Shown: positions 53,616 through 62,309, counted from the first letter of the stretch. The stretch is DNA of 64,000 nucleotides from an uncultured delta proteobacterium (GCA_963755715.1 CAVWLW010000004.1:1-64000); one strand, 5' to 3'. Notes: generated by a model not told the origin, from the letters alone. Numbers and translations: made by a program.

Positions 53616-55068
53616 TCATCCCGCGAACAGATCCTGCACGATTGCTTTTATTGCATCCGTAGATGCCTGACCGAGATTCGTCGCGCTGGGCGTAGGAATG
53701 GCGCGTTGCACGCGGCGTTCCCACACGATCGCGCCGTCATCAATGCGCACGAGCTTGAAATCCACCAGAGCGCGCACGAACTTTTGCGTCTCGCCTTCCC
53801 AGCGCCAGATCTCAGTTACGAAAACCATACCCGAGAGTTTTCCCTCGCGAGCGATGCGTGTCGCTCCTGCGCTGTCGGCGGGAAATGCCGGAAAGCGCGC
53901 ATCTTTATCCTCGGGAAGAGAAATCTGAAAGCCTTTTTGCCCGAGTTCAGTTTGCAGGTTCTGGCGCAGCAGATCCATCACGCTCTGTCGATAGTCTTCA
54001 GGCAATACCTTGCCAGCCATCTCTGCTAGCGAACGAAGCGGATTGTTCGATGGCAAGAGCAGCGGCAGCGCCGTGCTGTTTTTTACCTTAGCGAGCCAAA
54101 GCTGTTCGGCGTGAATCGCTTTGGCCTCGGGAACCGGCGGCGCCGCGGTTTTGACGCTGCAAGCACTTAGCGATAGAGCAACACCAGATCAACGCAAGCA
54201 GCGCTGGACGCATTCTCTTCGAGATGCGGCTCAGCCCGTAAGCCAAAAAGATCAGGCAGCATCCGAGAGCCACGTCCGTCGGTCCTAAAGGGAGATCCAA
54301 CCGGACTGAGCTATAGAAACCCAAAAAGGCCATGACCAATCCTAACGCTGAAGAAACTACGAGGAAAGAACTCATCCGGCTAACCAACGGTTTTGCGGCT
54401 AGCGCCGGTAGCACCAAAAAGCCGAAAATCAGCAGCGGTCCCGCCATAATCACACCGAAGGCGATGATCAAGCCGGCGAGAAGATAGAGCAAGATGTCCC
54501 AAACCACCTGGCGACCTTTCAGCAAAAATGCCAAGTCTCTGTCGAAAGACGTCAAGAGAAATTCTCGGCGGAAGAGAAGCATAGACACCAGAACCATCCC
54601 AAACACCGCGACCAAAAGTCTTAGTTCGGCTTTCGACAGCGCGATCACTTCGCCCTTTAGTAGATTGAGAACTTCGATCTGACCGGCAGGATTAAAAACC
54701 ATGAACAAGATCGTCAAGGCGCCGGCGAAAGCATAAGCGGCCGCAAGGCGGCCCTCCGCTAAGCCTTTGCCGCGCTGTTCCAAATAGCCGAGCAGTCCCA
54801 TGCCGAGAAAAGTAAAAGCAAGTGATCCGACCATTGCGACGCCTCGTTCGCTCTGTCCCATTTGCGGCAAGAGTCCGGCCTGCTGCATCCAGAAAGTAAA
54901 AGCGACGCCTGCCGCGGCGATTTCCGGGAGTGTCAAACCGAGAAATACCGTGCGCCTAAGAACGAGGAAAGACCCGACGAGCGGACAAACCAAACCCATG
55001 ATCATTGTGCCGACTAGCGCGGGGAAAAGGAGATATGAGGGATTGACGATTTCAAACAACATGCTCAT
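53616..55068 (-). CDS. ZnuB/MntB-type ABC permease apparently fused, via a frameshift near 54190, to a lipoprotein-like periplasmic domain
   Basis: ABC-3 pattern (GSFLVLRRTVFLG, TSFDRDLA, GPLLIFGFLVLP, LDLPLGP). The next frame reads GVALSLSACSVK...LPSNNPLRSL, open into ORF 53616-54056. Confidence 0.75.
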
Positions 55069-55793
55069 AGGTGAAGACGTGCCTTTCTTTCGTCCAACCA
55101 GATCCGGCCTTTATCAATGCGCATGATACTGTCGGCCACACGTTGCACCATCTCAAGGTCGTGGCTGGAAAAAAATACTGCCAGACCCTTTTCGCGGGTA
55201 AGCTTGGATTAGTAGATCGGCGATGCTTCGCCGGGACTCTTCATCGACGCCGGATAGCGGCTCGTCTAAAACCATGATCTTCGGGTTCACCATCAATGCA
55301 CGGGCAATCAGCACCGTTGTTTTTGCCCGCCGGAAAGGGCAAAAAAGATTTCGCCGCAATCTGCTGCAATACCAATCTGCTGCACAATTTGCTTTGGCTT
55401 TGCTCCTTTTCGCCGCCGGGCAGAAATTTAAACGGATGGACGCGGCCGTAAGCGCCCATCTCCACGATCTCCGAGGCGCTCAGAGGAAATTGCGGGTCGA
55501 GCGTCGCGCTTTGCGGCACGTAACCAAAGTTCGCCAGCGGGCAACCGCGCGACAGAGGACACCGTCCGACGGCGCCAAAAGACCCAGAATCGTCCTGAAC
55601 AGCGTTGTCTTGCCGGAGCCGTTCGGTCCGGCCAGGCCGACGAGCTCCCGGCATAGATCTTGACGTTGACGTCATGCAGCACCGGCGCTGAATCGTAGCC
55701 GAGGCTGGCATTTTCGAGAGCAACCAGAGCGGCAAGCTTGGTGATCGACTTCTCCGCCCCGGCACTCTCGCGTGCATCGAATATCCATCTCAA
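55065..55793 (-). CDS. ZnuC-like ABC ATPase with multiple indels
   Basis: Fragments across frames: [34 protein letters not shown]...[14 protein letters not shown]; ATGA overlap with the permease. Confidence 0.8.
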
Positions 55794-55802
55794 GGTTGGC
55801 TT

Positions 55803-56739
55803 TCATAGAATTAGACTCACCGCCTGAACCAAGCTACGAACCGTATAGTCGATCCATTTGATGTAGGTGTCGGTTTCCGGCTGACCCCCGCCACCGCTGT
55901 ACAGGCGCAAGCTTTGATCCCGGTTTCGCTGGCGATCTGCTTGGGCAATCGTGGATTCTGCGCGCCATAAATTAACAACTGCGCTTTTTCTTGCTTGATC
56001 TGCTGGGTCAGCTCGACAATATGATTCGGCGTCGGTTCGACGCCGGGCTTTATTTCGACGCTGCCGATCCGCTTCATGCCATATCGATCGGCAAGATAGA
56101 CCCACTCCGGATGGTACTCGACATATTTGACGCCGCGCAACGGCGCCGCCATTTTGTCCCAACGTCCGATCCAGGTGTCCAATTCAGCGAGATACGCTTT
56201 CAGATTTTTTTCCAACGTCGGCTGATGTTGAGGAAAATTCACGAGAGAGACCGGCGGCGATATTCTGCAGCGACGATTTCGCTCTAACCGGATCTAAAAG
56301 ATAATGCGGATTGCCCTTGGGATGAAGATCACCTTCCGCGCGGTCGACACGCGTAGGCGCATCGAGCACGGTGATTCCAACGGAGCAATCGATATAACCC
56401 GGCCGCCCAAAAAATTTTAGGGTTGTTGGCGACCTCCAAGAGCGCCGGTATCCAGGCGTGCTCATCGTCTAGACCGATCAGGATCAGCACGTCGGCCCGG
56501 TTCAACCGGGGTACAAAGCTCGGTTTCATCGGCACACCATGAGGATCTTCGACCCCAGTCGCCAGAGTATCCACACTCACCAGCTCTTTCCCGACCTGCT
56601 TGGCGATATCCGCCAAAGCCGGCCACGTCGCGACGACACGGATCTGCTGCGCGAAAATTACGCCCGTTTCAAGAGAAAGAAATACAAGAGTTAGAAGAAT
56701 CGTTTTCCAGCTTCTACAACTGAACAATTTCATCTTCAT
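55803..56739 (-). CDS. ZnuA/TroA-like metal-binding periplasmic protein with multiple indels
   Basis: Signal peptide, EDPHG, DLHPKGNPHYLLDP, EYHPEW, EIKPGVEPTPNHI, spread over several frames. Confidence 0.85.
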
Positions 56740-56762
56740 AAATGAACTCCTTCGCAAACTCC

Positions 56763-58010
56763 TTAACGACCAAGAAATCCGTGGGTGTGGGCGCCGATAA
56801 CTGTCGTCCATTGCAGAAAGATTTGATTGCCGTTCTCGGCTTTGGACGCGCCGCGAAAATTGTTGTTCAAGTAATAGTATTCAAGGCGCAGTCGGTTAAA
56901 TTCGCTGAGATTCCAGGTGAGATATGGCGAGTAGCTCATGGTCCGTTGCCCGGGGCATCAACGATCGGAGCGTAGTCGACTTGGAATCCCGTCGACCAAT
57001 TCTTGTTGAGCTTCAGATCGGCGTAAGTGTAGCCACCATATGATTTACTGCGGTTGGCGTGTCATCAGTTGGAAAACGTTGATTGTTAAAATAGAACTCA
57101 CTCCCAAAATCACGCCCTGGTAAACCGCACTGTTAAGCGGTTGATAGCGATAGGTCAAATCAATACCGTTAAGAACTCGATTGCCGCCGCCGCTATCGCC
57201 GGCAAGCGCACCGAAGGCGTATAGGCCATGGTCGTGCCCAGCTCGACGCTGTGGTTATCGGTAAGATCGAAGTAGGTGCTCAGCCTGCCGAGGTATGTAA
57301 ATTGGCTCCACGAGCGCGATTTGCATTGCTGACTGGTCATTGTCCTCGCCGATCTTGTTATACCCCCCTAATGTCGCGCGCAAGAAAAACGGTGTCGGAA
57401 ACAAATAATTGACTTCCACTCCGTCCGCCTGCGTTTCGCCACCAATCATCCGTTGGACGGATAGTGGCTCATTTACGAAAGGCAACTCGTGCTCGTGAAC
57501 TTTGGGAAACCGCCCAAAATCGGCCAGAAACCGACCTGCCTTGACCGTCAAGTTGTAAGGAAGAGAACTTGTGATTGCGGCGGCTTCGTCGATCTCTACG
57601 CCATCCTTTGTGCCGTTGATAAAACTATACATTCTTGCAAACGGGTCCACGGAAGCTGCAATTCCCAGCTCTGCGCTGCGGAAATCAAAATTGCCTCCGG
57701 CTTTGCCAAGATTTTGCACATTGGCATCGAGCACGAGTCCCATGGACGGATTCAGCGCCGTCGGCGCACTTTGAACCGCCTGGACTGATTTCTCCACTTC
57801 TCCGATTCGCGCCGAGCTGGAAGATTTTTCCTTTTCCAATTGGTCAATCCTTTCCAAAGCTTTTTGCATCTGCTGCTCCATGCCCTTGACCGTGGCCCGC
57901 AGAGATTCCAACTCCGAACTTTGCGCCAGGCCAGCCGTTGGAACAAAAAATATTAAACCCCATAGGGTAAATGCCGCGCTTCGCCGCGCCGATGCTGATA
58001 GAGATACCAT
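56763..58010 (-). CDS. Outer-membrane beta-barrel protein with an N-terminal coiled coil and His-containing C-terminus (putative metal porin), multiple indels
   Basis: Signal peptide, coiled coil, LNPSMG, AELG..ASVDP, KAGRFLADFG...HEHELPFV; the 3' frame reads SEFNRLRLEY...FLQWTTVIGAHTHGFLGR*. Confidence 0.75.
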
Positions 58011-58015
58011 GTCGA

Positions 58016-58133
58016 GACCTCCCTCCAAGCCAAACCAGCCGCCCTCTTATTAAAAGAACCGCGACGATAGAAGGCAGACGATGTAGTTATGCTGTGATAA
58101 TTCCGATTTCGAACCGGGAACTACAGGGAGGTC
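58016..58133 (-). promoter_or_regulatory. SD/anti-SD pair controlling porin translation
   Basis: mRNA GACCUCCCU (58133-58125, 5 nt after the leader Pro-Pro codons) is a perfect 9 nt complement of AGGGAGGUC (58024-58016), which covers the porin SD. Confidence 0.7.
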
Positions 58134-58416
58134 AAAGAAGGCGGTCCTCGAACGTGCTGCTGTGCCGACTCCTCTTCCAGCCAAACAGCAACAGGAAGAT
58201 CGGCGACTTGAGAGATGCAAAGTTGTGGGACTATGGTTAAGGGACTCGCAGTTGGAGCCAATTGAGCGCGGGTGCCCTGAAGACAACTACAGTCCTTAGT
58301 AACTTGCGATACGATCGAAAAATGAAAATGGAGAGGAAGGAAAAAACAAACACAAGAGCCAGCGCGCTGATAACCTGCCGGCTCCCGAGCGTTTTTCGCA
58401 TTCCCGGAAGATGCAT
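58121..58416 (-). CDS. Putative metal-sensing ribosome-arrest leader peptide, copy A (RGPP); one T missing in the T-run at 58341-58346
   Basis: Restored: MHLPGMRKTLGSRQVISALALVFVFFLPLHFHFSIVSQVTKDCSCLQGTRAQ...QQHVRGPPSLTSL*; paralogous to 60629-60922. Confidence 0.8.
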
Positions 58417-58423
58417 GGCATCG

Positions 58424-58452
58424 AACCTAAACAATGTCATCCCTGATGTCAA
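58424..58452 (-). promoter_or_regulatory. sigma70 promoter, probably giving a leaderless mRNA for leader A
   Basis: TTGACA-N17-TAGGTT, then 7 nt, then ATG 58416; no SD. Confidence 0.7.
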
Positions 58453-58564
58453 CGAACCGCACGCCCTCGAAAAAACCTCCGACGATCGGACACCGTAACC
58501 GCGGGATTAGATCGGTCAAAGCAGTCACAGATAAGCTGATTCAGTGACCGATTGTTGTGACCAA

Positions 58565-59137
58565 TCAATGAAAAATCTCCCGCATGACCGTCTCGGCTAC
58601 GATAACATTAGCTTGGCCCGTTAATACGACGCCATAAACTGGGACCGGGCGGGAGGGACGGTGTACCTGCCACAGTACCCCGCCGGTTTTCGGATCCACC
58701 ATCACCGCGTCCAGCGCCACGATTACGCCGTCGGCTTTCATGCCGCGACTGTCCGGCGTCGGCTCCCAGCGCCGCACTTCGATGTAGAGGGCCATCGCGT
58801 CAAGGTTGGCCTCGCGCAGAATCTGCGCTGCCATCTCTGGGCTAGTGGGCACACGATCCTTGGTTGCCACTTTCACCGCACTCGGACTGAGGACTTCGAA
58901 TCCTTTCTCCGCAAGTCTTATGCGAGCTTGCTGGGCGAGAACATCTCCCACAGTCATGTTTTGCAAAACAGGGGGACCGCTGTCTGCGCCGGTGCGAGCC
59001 TCGACGGCGCCAGCTTGGTAGGTTGGAAGCACCGCGATTCGATGAAGGTTCTGCGGCAAAGGAGTAACCACTGCTGGCGCGCATGCGACTGCTCCGAATA
59101 ATCCGGCGATCAGTACGATTTTGAGCATGAACATCAT
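58565..59137 (-). CDS. Lipoprotein (DUF799/CsgG-like fold suspected)
   Basis: AVAC lipobox, RIAVLP, LAEKGFEV, IEVRRWE, MVDPKTGGVLWQ. Confidence 0.7.
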   Translation of the reverse strand: MMFMLKIVLIAGLFGAVACAPAVVTPLPQNLHRIAVLPTYQAGAVEARTGADSGPPVLQNMTVGDVLAQQARIRLAEKGFEVLSPSAVKVATKDRVPTSPEMAAQILREANLDAMALYIEVRRWEPTPDSRGMKADGVIVALDAVMVDPKTGGVLWQVHRPSRPVPVYGVVLTGQANVIVAETVMREIFH

Positions 59138-59174
59138 GCTGATTCGAAAGTCGTGTGTTTGTGACACGAACAAA

Positions 59175-59475
59175 TCATTCAGACGGAGGGTCTTGCGGCT
59201 TGCTGTAATCCCTTCGCCTAGCCCGCCAGTCATCGTTTATTCCATTGAAAATTCCATCCGGAAAGCAGTGACACATCCCTGATCCGCCAAAGAACTTTTT
59301 ATTCGCCACCTCGCACTCTTCCAGAGAGCTGTACCACTCGACCGCACGCGATTCCGTTTCCTTCATGTCTGTTCCCAACGGATGAATATGACATGAAGTC
59401 AGCCGCCCAAACGGCGTTAAAGGACCACGAGAGGCCAAGCCCGGCGAAGGTAAACAATCTGAATCCGAACATCAT
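59175..59475 (-). CDS. Small Cys/His-containing, probably exported protein (5' end uncertain or frameshifted)
   Basis: LTSCHIHP...EECE...GMCHCFP in ORF 59175-59438; a hydrophobic ATG-started frame begins next to the NlpC stop codon. Confidence 0.45.
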
Positions 59476-59958
59476 TCAGCCTTCCTCCGAGTCCACAATC
59501 CGGCGTGCGCCCAGAAAATGTTTGACGTACCACGGCTGATTCAGATCCGTGATGATGACGTATCCGGCTTTTTTCTCGGCGTGGACAAACCGGTTGTTGC
59601 CGATATAAAGGCCGACGTGATCCGGCGTTACGCCGTTAGAAGAAAAAAATAACAGGTCACCTGTTCGCAGGTTCTCGACCGCGATGTCTTGCCCGGAGTG
59701 AAATTGTTCGCGGGAAGTCCGTGGCAGCTCTATGTTTAACTTAGCAAAAAGCGCTTTAACCAAACCGGAGCAATCCATCCCGCTGCGCTCCGACATCCCT
59801 CCCCACCGGTAGGGCAATCCGAGAAAATGCCGCGCCGCGCTCGCTAATTTGTCACGAAGCGGTTGCCGAACAGGAGTCCATTCGTCGGCAAAGTTTGTTC
59901 CCTTCGTGGCGAGCAGTAAACTCAATAGAAGCAATAAGATGATCATTTGTTTTTCCAT
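59476..59958 (-). CDS. NlpC/P60 (C40) peptidase
   Basis: Signal peptide, LGLPYRWGG, MDCSGL, LPRTS, GDLLFF, HVGLYIG, FVHA. Confidence 0.93.
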   Translation of the reverse strand: MEKQMIILLLLLSLLLATKGTNFADEWTPVRQPLRDKLASAARHFLGLPYRWGGMSERSGMDCSGLVKALFAKLNIELPRTSREQFHSGQDIAVENLRTGDLLFFSSNGVTPDHVGLYIGNNRFVHAEKKAGYVIITDLNQPWYVKHFLGARRIVDSEEG

Positions 59959-60023
59959 TGCAAATCTCCAAAGTTTGAAAGACTACTTTTTTTCTCGCGG
60001 ATGAATCCGCGGCGGCAACCTCA

Positions 60024-60506
60024 TCAACACGCTGAAGAGCCCTGTGATGACGACGAAGACCGGCGCCACTTGGCACGCTTGCTACCGAAAGTGGACTCCG
60101 GCTCATGCGAGCCGCACTCCCCGCAAAGTCGGCACAAGCGCCGATTTAGAAAATGGCCCGCGGCCAAAACCAGCGTTCCGGAGATAACGATCGGGGTCTC
60201 GTATCGTTCGTCAACCCAGAAGTGTCCGGAGCTGATCAACGCCACGGCCGAGACAAGAAAAACAAAACCGTGAAAACGTCGGTGATAGCGGAATCCCCAA
60301 GTAAAACTGCTGACCGCTAGAATGACTGAAGTCGCGACAAAGATTTTCTCGACACCTTCACCCAGAAGAAAACCCAAACCTAAAAGCGGCAACACTCCGA
60401 CGAGCAGCGGAAAAACCGAACACTGAATGGCGCAGGCGATCGAGACCGTAGTACCTAGCGAATCGATCCAAGAGGATGGCGCCACGGCATAATCATTTTT
60501 AGCCAT
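60024..60506 (-). CDS. MerC-domain membrane protein
   Basis: DSLG...SIACAIQC..FP, 4 TM segments, GFRYH, GHFLN, C-terminal CRLCGEC; GGAGG RBS. Confidence 0.82.
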   Translation of the reverse strand: MAKNDYAVAPSSWIDSLGTTVSIACAIQCSVFPLLVGVLPLLGLGFLLGEGVEKIFVATSVILAVSSFTWGFRYHRRFHGFVFLVSAVALISSGHFWVDERYETPIVISGTLVLAAGHFLNRRLCRLCGECGSHEPESTFGSKRAKWRRSSSSSQGSSAC

Positions 60507-60628
60507 GAAATTCCTCCAATCGGCGCAAAGCCGACGAATGCAGAACGGGCCGCGGGAGCCATGCGATCGGAGCGCACATGGCTCCGTTCTCTCAAAAATT
60601 AACTGAAAAGGGAGAAATGAAGATCGGG

Positions 60629-60922
60629 CTACGAAACTGGCGGCGCACGAATAGATAGGAAGCTGACGACAACTTGTGAAACAAGCTGTGACTGCAAAGA
60701 CTGGTACAGAACAAACTGTAACGGGACTGCCCACTGGACCAAGACGGGAACGACTCCCGTTTGTGCGCGGGTGCCGTGGTGGCAGGCGCATTCGTGATTG
60801 ATATTCGCTGCGGCCGTGGCGGCGTGAAAATGAAGCGGCAGGAAGAAAACCGCAAGAACCAGAAAAATTGTGATCGAGCGCCGTCGAAGCGCGAGTTCGG
60901 ACAGGAATCGCTCGATGATCAT
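60629..60922 (-). CDS. Putative metal-sensing ribosome-arrest leader peptide, copy B (RAPP)
   Basis: MIIERF...ITIFLVLAVFFLPLHFHAATAAANINHECACHHGTRAQ...SIRAPPVS*; intact 97 aa ORF upstream of the merC-like gene. Confidence 0.82.
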   Translation of the reverse strand: MIIERFLSELALRRRSITIFLVLAVFFLPLHFHAATAAANINHECACHHGTRAQTGVVPVLVQWAVPLQFVLYQSLQSQLVSQVVVSFLSIRAPPVS

Positions 60923-60927
60923 ACGCC

Positions 60928-60956
60928 CTGATAACCTGGCGCTTGGCGCTTGTCAA
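60928..60956 (-). promoter_or_regulatory. sigma70 promoter, probably giving a leaderless mRNA for leader B
   Basis: TTGACA-N17-TATCAG, then 5 nt, then ATG 60922; no SD. Confidence 0.6.
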
Positions 60957-61114
60957 AGCATTGGACGGCAATTTTTTTGCCACGCGACGAATTCTACAGG
61001 TCTTTCGCGGTTGGTGAATGCTACGTCAACGGAGTAAGATCAGGGCGCTTTCGCTGATCTAAGATCGGAAAGTAACAATCGAATGCCGCGCAAGCGGGCT
61101 GGCCATGATGACTG

Positions 61115-61144
61115 TGTAAACCTCCTGGGCATTGGCGCGTCTAA
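61115..61144 (+). promoter_or_regulatory. ECF-type promoter
   Basis: TGTAAAC-N16-CGTCTAA (AAC/CGT cores) upstream of the operon containing the ECF sigma factor. Confidence 0.65.
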
Positions 61145-61190
61145 GGCCATTAGACCGCATCAAAACTTCAAGAAACAGGGGGATTTAGGT

Positions 61191-61631
61191 ATGATCAACG
61201 GAAAATCGCTTTGCGCCACTGGGGTGCTCGCCGCGGCGCTGGCAATAGCCGCTTCGCCGGTGCTAGCCGCCGAAGGGACGATCACCGGGCCAGAGAGGCA
61301 TGAGTTACGCCATGACCGGCGCGAGATTCGGCGTGATCGAAGAGAAATTCATGGCGACCGCAGAGAGATTCGTGGCGATCGGAACGAGCTCCAAGGTGAT
61401 CGCCGCGAATTAGTCCGAGACCGCCACGAACTGCGCCACGATATTAAGAGCGGCGCCGGCAAAGCAGAGATCGCTCAGGACGTGAAGGAAGTCCGTCAAG
61501 ACCGCCGAGAGATCGTCGGCGACAAGGTGGATCTTGCCCGAGACGCGAAGGATATTCACGGCGATCGCCGGGAGCTGCGCCAAGACCGCGGAGAATTTCG
61601 CCGCGACGCAAAGGACGCGCTGAGGAATTAA
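61191..61631 (+). CDS. Secreted heptad-repeat (DRRE[IL]xx) coiled-coil protein
   Basis: Signal peptide ending VLA; two runs of 7-aa repeats around a KSGAGK turn. Confidence 0.8.
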   Translation: MINGKSLCATGVLAAALAIAASPVLAAEGTITGPERHELRHDRREIRRDRREIHGDRREIRGDRNELQGDRRELVRDRHELRHDIKSGAGKAEIAQDVKEVRQDRREIVGDKVDLARDAKDIHGDRRELRQDRGEFRRDAKDALRN

Positions 61632-61643
61632 CGGGGAGCGAGC

Positions 61644-62306
61644 GTGACTCCGAATGAACCGGCGGTATCGACCCTCGCCGCCCGCGCCCCTTTCTCCATC
61701 TTTTCCGGTGCGCCGGCAATATCGAAAGCTAGGAGTCGCTTGGTGAATCCCGGAGACGAGGAGTTAGTGGCGCGGGCCCAGCAGGGCGACCGCCGTGCGT
61801 TCGAGGAACTCGTGGAACGCCATAAACAGAAGGCCTATTACATCGCCTTTGATTTTTCGCGCGACCGCGAAGACGCCAAGGACCTGTCGCAAGAGGCGTT
61901 TTTGAAAGCTTTTACGAATCTCAAAAAATTTGACGGGCGATCGAGCTTTTATACCTGGTTTTACCGCATCCTCGTTAACCTCTGTCTGGATTACAAGCGC
62001 CGCCAAAAACGGGCTCCGACGGATACCTTTGACGAGACCCTGGAGAGCCACATGGAACCTTCCCACGAACCTAAAAAACCGCGATCGCCCGATCAACAAG
62101 TTTTCGCCGGGCAGATTTCGCGCCGGGTTGGCGAAGCGCTCGAAGCCCTGCCGGCCAGGCAGCGAACTGCGTTCATACTAAAAAATCATCAAGGGCTGTC
62201 GATCAAAGAAATCGCCGAGTTAATGGAGACCGCGGAAGGCACGGTCAAAGTGCACCTGCACCGCGCGGTGACGGCGCTCAGACAGAGCCTGGCGGAATTC
62301 GCCTAG
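61644..62306 (+). CDS. ECF RNA polymerase sigma factor
   Basis: DEELVARAQQGDRRAFEELV, DLSQEAF, FYTWFYRI, LPARQR, GTVKVHLHRA. Start may be at 61740-61743. Confidence 0.95.
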   Translation: MTPNEPAVSTLAARAPFSIFSGAPAISKARSRLVNPGDEELVARAQQGDRRAFEELVERHKQKAYYIAFDFSRDREDAKDLSQEAFLKAFTNLKKFDGRSSFYTWFYRILVNLCLDYKRRQKRAPTDTFDETLESHMEPSHEPKKPRSPDQQVFAGQISRRVGEALEALPARQRTAFILKNHQGLSIKEIAELMETAEGTVKVHLHRAVTALRQSLAEFA

Positions 62307-62309
62307 GAG

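Noticed and set aside
58050-58452. Track ORFs 58237-58452 and 58050-58286 as independent genes
   Set aside because: The first contains the 5' half of frameshifted leader A, and the second is an off-frame shadow.
58514-58562. GTCAC...GTGAC dyad upstream of the leader A promoter as a Zur/Fur/NikR box
   Set aside because: It does not resemble the AT-rich Fur/Zur consensus and is not repeated at leader B; it may be a weak hairpin after the lipoprotein gene.
60024-60506. Mercury resistance operon
   Set aside because: No merR, merA, merP or merT; the context indicates general divalent-metal handling.
60024-60983. 319 aa ORF suggesting a long N-terminal extension of MerC
   Set aside because: The extension overlaps leader B and its promoter in another frame, and a good SD precedes ATG 60506.
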